From Ascidiaceihabitans sp. (GTDB lineage: Bacteria; Pseudomonadota; Alphaproteobacteria; Rhodobacterales; Rhodobacteraceae), in assembly GCA_028248455.1 (NCBI GenBank), contig JAOKHV010000006.1, forward strand, positions 6,476-70,475: a DNA stretch of 64,000 bases, written 5' to 3'. A program made the translations under genes and the position numbers. Under the pieces are notes generated by a model. It saw only the letters and a program-made list of their open reading frames with translations. It searched no databases and was not told the DNA's origin. This document shows, in pieces, positions 9,105 through 18,716 of the stretch (position 1 is the first letter of the stretch; each line of letters opens with the position of its first letter).

Positions 9105-9612
9105 TGTGTCGAACAAGATAAACTCCGCAGCAGGCCTATTAGGCTTTGCACAACATAATCATAGCACTTGCGTAAGCGATGGGCTTGCCGCAGCCGAAGC
9201 CCGTTGTGCGGCTGAGGGTCTTCGCTTTACGCCTGTGCGGCGCAAGGTGCTTGAGTTGTTGCTGCAAAATCATCGCGCTCTTGGCGCTTATACGATTCTG
9301 GACAGGCTGGGCGAAGACGGCTTTGGATCGCAGCCTCCCGTTGCGTATCGTGCGTTAGATTTTCTTGTCACAAATGGTTTGGCCCACAAGATCGAACGGC
9401 TGAATGCGTTCATTGCCTGCGTTCATCCCAATCATTCCCACACACCAGCATTTATGATCTGCCGTTTGTGCGATACCGTGGCCGAGGCCCAATCCTCCTC
9501 TGGGAGTTGGGCATTGGGCGACGCCGCACGCGCCACAGGCTTCCGGATAGAACGGACTGTGGTTGAGGCGAGCGGTGTCTGCCCTGCCTGTATCGACAAG
9601 GCAGACGCATGA
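9097..9612 (+). CDS. zur: Zinc uptake regulator (Fur family)
   Basis: FTPVRRKVL, PPVAYRALDFL, CxxC...CxxC; located in the znu cluster. Confidence 0.9.
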   Translation: MTSVSNKINSAAGLLGFAQHNHSTCVSDGLAAAEARCAAEGLRFTPVRRKVLELLLQNHRALGAYTILDRLGEDGFGSQPPVAYRALDFLVTNGLAHKIERLNAFIACVHPNHSHTPAFMICRLCDTVAEAQSSSGSWALGDAARATGFRIERTVVEASGVCPACIDKADA

Positions 9613-10358
9613 GCCTTATTCAGGTCCAAGACCTTACCGTAAGCTATGGCGCAAGTACGGTCCTATCGGGCGTGTCGTTGCACGTCGAGCCAGGTGAGAT
9701 TGTCACAATTGTCGGCCCGAACGGGTCAGGTAAAACCAGCCTGCTGCGGGCAATTATTGGTGCAGTAAAACCGGCTAAGGGTCGCGTCATACATGGGAGT
9801 GGCGTGAAAATCGGATATGTGCCACAAAATTTGCATATTGACGAAACGCTGCCAATTACAGTTTCCCGGTTCCTGAAGCTGCCAAGCTACGTAGCGGTTG
9901 TGGACATCAGTTATGCGCTAATGCAAGCAGGTGTACCCGACTTGGCCAAAGCACAACTTTCACAGCTTTCAGGTGGTCAGTTCCAGCGGGTTCTTCTTGC
10001 CCGCGCATTAATTGGAAAACCTGATCTGCTCCTCCTGGACGAAGCCACCCAAGGGCTTGACCAACGCGGATCCGCATCTTTTTACCAACAGATCGAAACT
10101 GTACGGCAGGACACGGGCTGCGCCATTCTTATGATCAGTCATGAATTACACGTTGTGATGAGCGCATCTGACCGGGTAATTTGCCTCAACGGCCATGTCT
10201 GCTGTGAAGGGACGCCGGCGGTGGTGGCATCTGCGCCAGAATACAGGGCATTGTTCGGAACTGGGACCGGCGGCGCACTGGCCCTTTATAGGCATGAACA
10301 CGATCACAGTCATGACCATGGTGATCATAATCACGACCACACAGAGGCGGCTGAATAA
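9609..10358 (+). CDS. znuC: Zinc ABC transporter ATP-binding protein
   Basis: [21 protein letters not shown], His-rich tail. Confidence 0.92.
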   Translation: MSLIQVQDLTVSYGASTVLSGVSLHVEPGEIVTIVGPNGSGKTSLLRAIIGAVKPAKGRVIHGSGVKIGYVPQNLHIDETLPITVSRFLKLPSYVAVVDISYALMQAGVPDLAKAQLSQLSGGQFQRVLLARALIGKPDLLLLDEATQGLDQRGSASFYQQIETVRQDTGCAILMISHELHVVMSASDRVICLNGHVCCEGTPAVVASAPEYRALFGTGTGGALALYRHEHDHSHDHGDHNHDHTEAAE

Positions 10359-11152
10359 TGCTTGACGATTTTATGGTGCGTGCTGCCCTCGCTGGAATTG
10401 GCGTGGCCTTTGCCGCCGCACCTTTGGGGTGTTTTGTGGTCTGGCGACGTATGGCTTATTTCGGAGATGCCACGGCCCATGCTGCGATCCTCGGTGTTGC
10501 TTTGTCGCTAGCGTTTTCAGTGTCAATTTTTGTGGGCACCATGACTGTGGCCTTGCTGATGGCGCTGGTCGTCAACGTGTTGTCTGGCCGGGGCTACGCG
10601 ATGGATACATTACTCGGGGTTCTTGCCCATTCAGCACTTGCCTTCGGGCTGGTCGCGGTGTCCTTCATCTCGGGCGTGCGGATCGACCTGATGGCTTATC
10701 TTTTTGGCGATATTCTGGCCGTCTCGCGCCTGGACCTTTCGATCATCTGGGGCGGTGCTGCACTTGTTGTCGCACTGATTGGCTGGCGCTGGTCGGCCCT
10801 GTTAACCTCGACGTTGGACGAGGATCTGGCTTATGCTAGCGGGATCAACCCGAAACGTGAGCAACTGGTGCTGACGGTTGCGCTGGCTATTACGGTTGCA
10901 GTCGCGATCAAAGTCGTCGGGGTCCTGCTTATTGCCGCCATGTTGATCATACCCGCAGCCGCCGCACGCCCCTTGTCTCGGACACCCGAAGGCATGGCCA
11001 TCGCCGCCGGTTTGATCGGGATGCTGTCTGCCATTATCGGTCTGCGCGCCGCCTATGTGCTTGATACGCCTGCGGGCCCGTCCATTGTGTGTGTCGCCGC
11101 TATTACGTTTGTGGCAACCAGCATTCTCAGGGGTTTTAGACACACGCGTTAA
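10358..11152 (+). CDS. znuB: Zinc ABC transporter permease
   Basis: RRMAYFGDATAH, YLFGDIL motifs; multiple TM helices. Confidence 0.92.
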   Translation: MLDDFMVRAALAGIGVAFAAAPLGCFVVWRRMAYFGDATAHAAILGVALSLAFSVSIFVGTMTVALLMALVVNVLSGRGYAMDTLLGVLAHSALAFGLVAVSFISGVRIDLMAYLFGDILAVSRLDLSIIWGGAALVVALIGWRWSALLTSTLDEDLAYASGINPKREQLVLTVALAITVAVAIKVVGVLLIAAMLIIPAAAARPLSRTPEGMAIAAGLIGMLSAIIGLRAAYVLDTPAGPSIVCVAAITFVATSILRGFRHTR

Positions 11153-11381
11153 GGTGGAGCTTTAGTCCTCGTAGTGCCACACACAAGTGTCTGGTTTATT
11201 GCAGAGCCGCAACATGGATGATTATGCGCTCGCGGCATTTGCCATACTGAGTGCGCACGCAGCGGGAGAACCGCATTTACAGTGTGGGCTCTTTTTTGTC
11301 TTTAGCCGCACTTTGAATTAATGTCCGCATTTGCTTGTTATGCCTAAAACAAAAAACGGGCCATCGGGCCCCCTTGAAAGA

Positions 11382-11406
11382 GAGCCCGGCCTATGTAGCC
11401 GGGCTC
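11382..11406. terminator. Hairpin, probable terminator
   Basis: gagcccggc-ctatgta-gccgggctc perfect 9-bp stem, followed by a pyrimidine-rich tract, downstream of znuB. Confidence 0.5.
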
Positions 11407-11481
11407 CTTACCTTTTATTCAATCACTCCGACTTCGCGATAGTACCGCGCGGCTCCGGGATGCAGCTGGATCATTCCGCGG

Positions 11482-11591
11482 TTTTCGGCGCCAAAATTTC
11501 CCTAAAACCTACAATAAACCAAGCCAATAAAGTGGTATATCTTTCCACAGGACCGCTTTGTCAGGTTTGGCAGCGAAATACTCAGTCCTGA
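11482..11591 (+). repeat. Degenerate junction 4: decayed core (ttttcggcgccaaaat) plus 43-bp arm-containing repeat copy 1
   Basis: 11549-11591 (aggaccgctttgtcaggtttggcagcgaaatactcagtcctga) repeats at 14190-14231; decayed core ends 57 bp before GGACC (58 bp in junction 2). Confidence 0.65.
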
Positions 11592-11845
11592 AGGGGTCTG
11601 GCCCAAAAAATTAGATACTTACTTCAACTAAATCTTTCTTCTAACCGGTCACAAAGCAATAGAACGGCAATAAAAACTCCAGCATCAATTCGTTAGAGCC
11701 CCACAAAAGCCACCCACACTTTCCACTCCTGACCCGAGCGCAATCACAGATGGAGCTCTGTAGGGATTCACTTCGGCTGTCGATACGTCAAATAGTATGA
11801 GGCAAAAAACAAAAAATATTGCCATATTTGCGGCTGATCTTCGGG

Positions 11846-12979
11846 TCAAGACCGCACCTCCAAACCTAAAATTGGACGCAGCTTAATACCATAATATGAT
11901 CCGCAAAAAGCTGCTAAAAACCACATCCAGCCATGGAGGCTTCCAGTCGAGATTCCTGAAAAATACGCGCCAACATTACACCCAAGCGCTAATCGGGCCG
12001 CGTACCCCATTATGAATCCTGCTATAATCGTGGAAAACCATGCTCGTAACGGCAATCTTGGGAGTTTTTGACTGAAACCTCCAACTCTCCAAGAACCTAC
12101 GAAAAATGCTCCCAAAATAAGTCCAATATTTGTCAGAGACGTGTAATCAGTCAAAATACTTTCTTGTAAGCGTTCTGCATTTACTGGCACTGAGAAGAAA
12201 ACTGACCCTGACAAATCTACACCCAACGATACCACCACTTTAGCGGCCCATAGCCCTAAGCCATAAACAACACCCCATGGCTGCCCAGCTATGATTAGGT
12301 TCAAACTTGCCAAAACTGCTATCAAAATAGCCGCCAACAAATAACGCTTAGAAATGAAGCGTTCCCCTGACCTAGCAAAGAAGAAGAAAACAGCCGCCAC
12401 TGCTATTAGCAATGTCAGGGTTATAAGCAAACCGGACCAGCCGGCCAAAACCATAACGGGTAGAGCGCCCAAACCGGTCCACCATGTTACATGATAGGCT
12501 CCCATGAAACTACCTATTGAAAAAAAGGGAAGCGCTAAAAGAGCAATTGGGTTGCCGGACCCCACATTGACTAGGGTCCCAGATCCGCACCCCAAAACCA
12601 CTTGCATGGCCACACCGAAACAAAATGCTCCCAAAACCATTGACCAGCCTATCGAGCCGCGAGCACCCACGATTTCGCCCCCGTTAAAATGGATCAACGG
12701 TAAAGCTAAAATTGCAGCCAAACCAATAGCAAAAAGCTGAGCTAAAACGCCAGACGCTTCACGCCTCAAAATCATTGCTCTCCAAGGACCCGCGAACCCG
12801 AAACCCAAGCCCTCTAAGACAATGCCGAAACACAAACCAACTGCCAAAAGCAGCCCAAACCTAGCACCAACCAAAATTGCGGCTAATAATACAATGAATG
12901 CTAAAAATAGGATCAAAAAACTACGCCATAAATATGGCGTAGTTGATTTCGATCGAATAATTAAATGGTCAGAAGCCAT
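11846..12979 (-). CDS. YeeE/YedE-family sulfur compound (thiosulfate) transporter
   Basis: FGFAGPWR, GCGSG and GCNVGA motifs; many TM helices. Confidence 0.88.
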   Translation of the reverse strand: MASDHLIIRSKSTTPYLWRSFLILFLAFIVLLAAILVGARFGLLLAVGLCFGIVLEGLGFGFAGPWRAMILRREASGVLAQLFAIGLAAILALPLIHFNGGEIVGARGSIGWSMVLGAFCFGVAMQVVLGCGSGTLVNVGSGNPIALLALPFFSIGSFMGAYHVTWWTGLGALPVMVLAGWSGLLITLTLLIAVAAVFFFFARSGERFISKRYLLAAILIAVLASLNLIIAGQPWGVVYGLGLWAAKVVVSLGVDLSGSVFFSVPVNAERLQESILTDYTSLTNIGLILGAFFVGSWRVGGFSQKLPRLPLRAWFSTIIAGFIMGYAARLALGCNVGAYFSGISTGSLHGWMWFLAAFCGSYYGIKLRPILGLEVRS

Positions 12980-13905
12980 CAGTTACCGCTTATTTTATTA
13001 AGAAAGTTTTTGAGCACACCGGGTGAATTTTCCATAGGCAAATCAAGATTCGAATATTCGACCATTGATCCTGGATATAACTTCACGTTTTCGATTCCCG
13101 CAATTTCAGATAATGCAAACCAATTTGTTGCAGCCCAATGCCCTGTATTACAAAATGAAACTATTTCCTGCTTGTCTTCAATACCTAACGTGGCCTTTAG
13201 ACTTGCGACATCAATAACTGAAGAAATTGCAGCGGCACCTGGAACAAAAAAGGAAGCATAATAATAATTTTTTGCTCCGGGCAAAGTGCCAGAACGTGCG
13301 GCTGCACCATGACTTTTCTCACCTGCATAAAAACTTGCCGGACGAGCATCTAGCAGTAAACTGTCAATTTCACCCTTTGTCACCGAAACAACTTGCTCTG
13401 TTGTCGCAGTCCACTTTTGAGTGAAGTCGATGTTTAGCTCAGTTGCTTGTGGCTTGACGTTAATTTGACCAATTGGATATCCCGCGGCTTCCCAAGCCTG
13501 CTTGCCACCATTCAAAATAGTCAAATCTGTGAAACCAGAAGATTTAAGCGTCCAATAGACACGAGCTGCTGCACCGAAGTCACTATCATTTGCACCTTCA
13601 GAGACAACAACAATTGGTCGATCCAGTTCAAGCCCCAGTGTTTCAAAGCGTTGCTCCAATGTTTTTACATCGAGCAATTGACCCGGATTTATTTTGGGTC
13701 CTCGAAACAAACCATAAGGTGCTGAAATAGCACCAACAATGTGACCCTCGTCATAAGCGTCCCCTCGTATATCTAAAATGATTGGCTTATACTTATCCAA
13801 TGTATTTGCCAGCTCTGCCGGACTCATAAGCGGCTTCAGGACACCTGCTGTTGCCGCCGATGCAACCATTAAGCATGCTATAACACTGTAGGTTAATAAT
13901 TTCAT
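12979..13905 (-). CDS. Periplasmic rhodanese/sulfurtransferase (tandem domains)
   Basis: Signal peptide, GHIVGA, LLDARP, FCNTGHWA active-site loop, LYPGSM. Confidence 0.88.
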   Translation of the reverse strand: MKLLTYSVIACLMVASAATAGVLKPLMSPAELANTLDKYKPIILDIRGDAYDEGHIVGAISAPYGLFRGPKINPGQLLDVKTLEQRFETLGLELDRPIVVVSEGANDSDFGAAARVYWTLKSSGFTDLTILNGGKQAWEAAGYPIGQINVKPQATELNIDFTQKWTATTEQVVSVTKGEIDSLLLDARPASFYAGEKSHGAAARSGTLPGAKNYYYASFFVPGAAAISSVIDVASLKATLGIEDKQEIVSFCNTGHWAATNWFALSEIAGIENVKLYPGSMVEYSNLDLPMENSPGVLKNFLNKISGN

Positions 13906-14189
13906 TTTGATATCCTCAGTCTGTTTCTACCATCCCCAACTAACAGCCAAAAGAGCGCCCTGACAGTCAAATTATTCTCTTGATAGGCAAATTATAGAAA
14001 TTTTTAAGATTAATTTACCGTTTTTCTTATTTTTGAGAAATAATTTCCTCATAATGAGCTTGATTGACAGAAATTAGTATTATTAAAAAGCACTTCGACA
14101 AAAAAATAGACTTCTTTTTCAAATGGAGGGTTAGATTTACGCAAGGATTAGGTAAATTCCTTAAAGTCACCCAGATGTGACACATAAAA

Positions 14190-14231
14190 AGGACCACTTT
14201 GTCAGGTTGGCAGCAAAATAGTCAGTCCTGA
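14190..14231 (+). repeat. Arm-containing repeat copy 2 (junction 5)
   Basis: aggaccactttgtcaggttggcagcaaaatagtcagtcctga, near-identical to 11549-11591. Confidence 0.8.
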
Positions 14232-14291
14232 GAGGCTCTTTTGACTTGAACTGGAGCACCCTAGGCGCACGATCTACAACTATGAGTGATG

Positions 14292-14441
14292 ATGTGCCCT
14301 GAAACTACCACGCTATGTTTTTTACCGTAGCAACGGCAGATTTCGCTATAGGAGGGACGTCCCAGAGTGCCTTGGACCCCTAATTGGAAAGGCCACCTGT
14401 ATCGCCAGCTCGGGGACAACTACCTAGAGACCACGCTCTGA
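14292..14441 (+). pseudogene. Frameshifted remnant of a tyrosine integrase N-terminal (DUF6538-like) domain
   Basis: Manual translation LKLPRYVFYRSNGRFRYRRDVPECLGPLIGKA, then after a frameshift LYRQLGDNYLET; YRRxVP...IGK....LG is typical of DUF6538. Confidence 0.6.
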
Positions 14442-14479
14442 ATGAATGTAAAACTCTAAGCTTTGCAGCAAAATTCCTC

Positions 14480-14519
14480 ATGTTACATATTTTTTGACCA
14501 TTGTTAAAATTAGTAACAT
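14480..14519. promoter_or_regulatory. Candidate PaaX operator (ATGTTAC-N26-GTAACAT)
   Basis: Widely spaced inverted repeat upstream of the paa operon; PaaX operators are widely spaced palindromes. Confidence 0.4.
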
Positions 14520-14574
14520 TCAAATTGCATCGAATCGATCCTACGCCTAAGTTCAAGTCAACTAGGAGACATTT

Positions 14575-15777
14575 ATGGACGCTTTTATTTGTGACGCCCA
14601 GCGCACACCTATCGGTCGTTATGGCGGCTCACTTTCCTCCGTACGCACAGATGACTTAGCTGCTGCACCCATTGCGGCACTCATAGCACGCAACCCACAA
14701 GTGGATTGGGCCAGCATTGATGACGTCATCTTAGGCTGTGCAAACCAAGCCGGCGAAGACAACCGTAACGTTGCACGCATGGCTACATTGCTTGCAGGTC
14801 TGCCAATTGATGTCCCCGGCATTACCGTAAACCGCTTGTGTGCCTCAGGTATGGATGCGGTTGGTATGGCTGCACGCGGTATTAAATCTTGTGATTTAGA
14901 TATGGTTATCGCGGGTGGTGTTGAAAGCATGAGCCGCGCACCACTTGTTATGGGTAAAGCGGACACCGCCTTTGGACGTGCACAGACGATGCACGACACT
15001 ACGATTGGCTGGCGTTTTGTTAACCCAGCAATGAAGGCGGAATATGGCGTCGATTCAATGCCGCAGACTGCAGACAACGTTGCAGAAGATCACGGCGTTA
15101 GCCGCGCAGATCAAGACGCATTTGCCGCACGGTCACAGGCACGATGGGGTTCCGCTCATGAGGCTGGTTTGTTTGCCAATGAGATTGCGCCAGTGACAAT
15201 TCCACAGCTCAAAGGTGACCCTTTTATTGTCGACACGGACGAACACCCACGCCCAAATACCAACGTTGAGAGCCTTGCCAAGTTGCGCGCCATCAATGGC
15301 CCCGACTTAACCGTGACCGCTGGCAACGCATCAGGTGTGAACGATGGCGCAGCTGCATTGCTGATCGCATCAGAAATTGCCGCTGGAAAGAACAACCTCA
15401 AACCAATGGCCCGCATTGTAGCAATGAATGCGGCAGGTGTTGCGCCTCGCGTTATGGGCATCGGTCCGCTCCCAGCCTGTGAAAAGGTACTGACCCGCGC
15501 AGGTCTGACCATCGAGCAAATGGACGTTATTGAACTGAACGAAGCCTTCGCAGCACAGGGGCTTGCTACGATGCGCGTACTTGGTGTTGCAGACGATGAT
15601 CCGCGCGTGAATGCCCAAGGCGGCGCTATCGCAATAGGCCACCCGTTGGGCATGTCTGGCGCACGGCTGGTCATGACAGCTGCCTACCAACTGCAACGAA
15701 CCCAAGGTCGTTATGCGCTGTGCACCATGTGTGTCGGCGTTGGCCAAGGTGTTGCCCTGATCCTAGAGAGAGTTTGA
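14575..15777 (+). CDS. paaJ: 3-oxoadipyl-CoA thiolase (PaaJ/PcaF)
   Basis: NRLCASG, GVESMSRAP, NEAF, GHPLG, CVGVG motifs; paa context. Confidence 0.9.
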   Translation: MDAFICDAQRTPIGRYGGSLSSVRTDDLAAAPIAALIARNPQVDWASIDDVILGCANQAGEDNRNVARMATLLAGLPIDVPGITVNRLCASGMDAVGMAARGIKSCDLDMVIAGGVESMSRAPLVMGKADTAFGRAQTMHDTTIGWRFVNPAMKAEYGVDSMPQTADNVAEDHGVSRADQDAFAARSQARWGSAHEAGLFANEIAPVTIPQLKGDPFIVDTDEHPRPNTNVESLAKLRAINGPDLTVTAGNASGVNDGAAALLIASEIAAGKNNLKPMARIVAMNAAGVAPRVMGIGPLPACEKVLTRAGLTIEQMDVIELNEAFAAQGLATMRVLGVADDDPRVNAQGGAIAIGHPLGMSGARLVMTAAYQLQRTQGRYALCTMCVGVGQGVALILERV

Positions 15778-15780
15778 ACT

Positions 15781-16773
15781 ATGTACGCACAGATGGTAAA
15801 ATCAACCGGTACAGGCGTCAAATCGTTGGACGAGATGGAGCCACAAGAGCGTGCGTTTCAAGAGCGTATCAACGCTGGTGATAAGATCGAGCCAAAGGAT
15901 TGGATGCCTGAAGGTTATCGCAAGAACCTGATCCGTCAGATCGGTCAACACGCCCACTCTGAAATCGTCGGACAACTGCCCGAGGGCAATTGGATTACCC
16001 GCGCACCTACCTTGGAGCGCAAAGCAATTTTATTGGCCAAAGTTCAAGACGAAGCAGGTCACGGTCTGTATCTTTATTGCGCTGCTGAAACGCTAGGCGT
16101 GTCCCGTGATGAACTGACTGAGATGTTGCTTGATGGCCGCATGAAATACTCAAGCATTTTCAATTACCCGACCCTAACATGGGCTGATATGGGCGCTGTC
16201 GGCTGGTTGGTCGATGGTGCGGCAATTATGAACCAAGTGCCATTGCAGCGCACATCCTACGGCCCTTATGCGCGGGCGATGGTAAGAATTTGTAAAGAAG
16301 AGTCATTTCACCAACGCCAAGGTTTCGACATCATGATGACGATGGCCAAAGGAACCGATGCGCAGAAGCACATGGCACAAGACGCCTTTAACCGCTTTTG
16401 GGGCCCTTCATTGATGATGTTCGGTCCATCGGATGAAAACTCGGTCCATTCCGCACAATCTATGGCGTGGAAGATCAAGATGAACTCCAACGATGAACTG
16501 CGCCAAAAGTTTGTGGATCAAACTGTTCCGCAAGCTGAATACCTTGGCCTGACCGTTCCCGATGAGAACCTAAAATGGAACGAAGAAAAGGGCGGTTACG
16601 ATTTCAGCCAACCAGACTGGGATGAGTTCTTTGACGTTCTACGCGGCAATGGTCCAGAAACGACTGAGCGGATGGAAGCACGCAACAAGGCTTGGGATGA
16701 TGGCGCGTGGGTTCGCGATGGTATGATGGCGCACGCAGCCAAAAAGAAAGCAATGAAGGTCGCCGCAGAATGA
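15781..16773 (+). CDS. paaA: Phenylacetyl-CoA epoxidase subunit A
   Basis: [28 protein letters not shown]. Confidence 0.95.
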   Translation: MYAQMVKSTGTGVKSLDEMEPQERAFQERINAGDKIEPKDWMPEGYRKNLIRQIGQHAHSEIVGQLPEGNWITRAPTLERKAILLAKVQDEAGHGLYLYCAAETLGVSRDELTEMLLDGRMKYSSIFNYPTLTWADMGAVGWLVDGAAIMNQVPLQRTSYGPYARAMVRICKEESFHQRQGFDIMMTMAKGTDAQKHMAQDAFNRFWGPSLMMFGPSDENSVHSAQSMAWKIKMNSNDELRQKFVDQTVPQAEYLGLTVPDENLKWNEEKGGYDFSQPDWDEFFDVLRGNGPETTERMEARNKAWDDGAWVRDGMMAHAAKKKAMKVAAE

Positions 16774-17234
16774 GACTGGCTGAACTCAATGTTGGTTACG
16801 CAGCATATCCGCTAGATGATCCGCGCATGTCTGAATTTATGGACAATCTGGAGACTATCAATGCCTTGGCTGAACGCAGCCCCGGCTTTGTTTGGCGCAT
16901 GAAGTCTGACAGTGGAAACGCAACAGACATCAGTGTACCGGGTGATACCGAAATGATCTCAAACATGTCCGTTTGGGAAGATGTTGCGTCACTTGGCAAC
17001 TACGTTTTCAACACCGTTCATGCGCCTTTTTACAAACGTAAAGAAGAATGGTTTCAGGCCACGACTTCTCATCATTTCGCGATGTGGATGGTTGAAGATA
17101 ACCACACACCTGACTTGGCTGAGGCGATGGATCACATGGAATATCTTCAAAAATACGGGTCGACAGACCACGCCTTTGGTTGGGACTTCGTCGATCAAAG
17201 CGCTTGGTGGCGCTGCACAGTAACTGCGGAGTAA
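16770..17234 (+). CDS. DUF3291-family protein
   Basis: LAELNVG...[29 protein letters not shown] motifs; ATGA overlap with paaA stop. Confidence 0.8.
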   Translation: MRLAELNVGYAAYPLDDPRMSEFMDNLETINALAERSPGFVWRMKSDSGNATDISVPGDTEMISNMSVWEDVASLGNYVFNTVHAPFYKRKEEWFQATTSHHFAMWMVEDNHTPDLAEAMDHMEYLQKYGSTDHAFGWDFVDQSAWWRCTVTAE

Positions 17235-17239
17235 ATAAC

Positions 17240-17527
17240 ATGAGCACAAACGACTGGCCCCTTTGGGAAATCTTTATTCGCGGCGCGCACGGTTTGTCCC
17301 ACCGTCACGTTGGCAGCCTACATGCACCTGATGCGGAAATGGCAATCAAGAACGCACGCGATGTTTATACACGACGCAAAGAAGGCGTGAGCATCTGGGC
17401 GATCGAGTCCAGCGCTATTGCAGCATCCAGCCCAGAGGATAAGGGGTCTTTATACGATCCCGCGGATGATAAAGTGTACCGCCACCCGACCTTTTTCGAC
17501 ATACCTGATGAAGTGGGTGCAATGTGA
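17240..17527 (+). CDS. paaB: Phenylacetyl-CoA epoxidase subunit B
   Basis: WPLWEIFIR, HVGSLHAPD, ARDVYTRR. Confidence 0.95.
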   Translation: MSTNDWPLWEIFIRGAHGLSHRHVGSLHAPDAEMAIKNARDVYTRRKEGVSIWAIESSAIAASSPEDKGSLYDPADDKVYRHPTFFDIPDEVGAM

Positions 17528-18252
17528 GCGATCCGTTACAATTTCTTCTGCGAATGGGTGATAACTCACTGGTCCTTGGCCACCGCGTTTCTGAATGGTG
17601 CGGTGTTGCGCCCGTATTGGAAGAGGACATTGCGCTTGCAAATACCGCACTTGATCTGATTGGGCAAACACAACTTTGGTTGGGTTTAGCAGCCGAGTGT
17701 GAAGACAGGGGACGCGACGCAGATGCCTTGGCGTTTCGCCGCGACGTTTGGGAATTTCGCAATCTATTGTTGGTCGAACAACCAAACCGCGACTTTGGCC
17801 ACACAATGATGCGCCAATTCCTTTTTGATGCGTGGCATTCATTGGTTCTGGCTGCGCTCAAATCATCTGACAACTCAGCGATTGCTGCCATTGCAGAGAA
17901 GTCACTGAAGGAGGTGACATATCATATGGAGCGTTCAAGCGATACGGTCATCGCTCTTGGGGACGGAACTGTAGAAAGCCACAAGCGGATGCAAGCTGGC
18001 CTTGATCGGTTGTGGCCTTACGTTGGTGAAATGTTCCAGACTGACGAACATGATCTGATTGATGTCGCCGTTTTGCGTCCTGCGTTTGATGAACTCATTA
18101 ATGACGTTCTGCGCACAGCCACCCTTTCCATACCCACCGATAACTTCACACATAAGGGTGGAAAAACTGGTGCGCGGCACACAGAACATTTGGGCCATAT
18201 GATTGCAACAATGCAGTTCCTGCCTCGTGCTTATCCGGACGCAAAATGGTGA
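17524..18252 (+). CDS. paaC: Phenylacetyl-CoA epoxidase subunit C
   Basis: GDNSLVLGHR.SEWCG.AP.LEED; ends YPDAKW. Confidence 0.93.
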   Translation: MSDPLQFLLRMGDNSLVLGHRVSEWCGVAPVLEEDIALANTALDLIGQTQLWLGLAAECEDRGRDADALAFRRDVWEFRNLLLVEQPNRDFGHTMMRQFLFDAWHSLVLAALKSSDNSAIAAIAEKSLKEVTYHMERSSDTVIALGDGTVESHKRMQAGLDRLWPYVGEMFQTDEHDLIDVAVLRPAFDELINDVLRTATLSIPTDNFTHKGGKTGARHTEHLGHMIATMQFLPRAYPDAKW

Positions 18253-18713
18253 TGACCAAACCATCTATTGATCAAGTTTGGGAGTGGTTAGATGCCGTTC
18301 CCGATCCAGAAATTCCCGTGATTTCGCTAGTCGATTTAGGAATCATTCGCGGCGTTGCTTGGCTGAACGATGTGCTGGAAGTAACAGTCACACCTACTTA
18401 TTCTGGTTGCCCCGCAACGCGCATTATCAACTTAGATATTGAAACTGCTTTAAATGATCACGGGATCAAAAAGGTTATACTGAAACGTCAACTTTCACCT
18501 GCATGGACCACCGATTGGCTGTCTGAAAAAGGTAAAACAAAGCTTGAAGACTATGGCATCGCACCGCCACAAACGGCAGGTGGACCCAGCCAGTGTCCCA
18601 GATGTAAATCCGCACAGGTTGAGAAAATCAGCCAATTCGGATCAACCCCCTGTAAGGCACAATGGCGCTGCACAGACTGCCTTGAACCCTTTGATTATTT
18701 TAAGTGTATTTGA
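18246..18713 (+). CDS. paaD: Phenylacetyl-CoA epoxidase subunit D
   Basis: VPDPEIP, PTYSGCPA, FGSTPCKA, EPFDYFKC. Confidence 0.93.
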   Translation: MVMTKPSIDQVWEWLDAVPDPEIPVISLVDLGIIRGVAWLNDVLEVTVTPTYSGCPATRIINLDIETALNDHGIKKVILKRQLSPAWTTDWLSEKGKTKLEDYGIAPPQTAGGPSQCPRCKSAQVEKISQFGSTPCKAQWRCTDCLEPFDYFKCI

Positions 18714-18716
18714 CCT

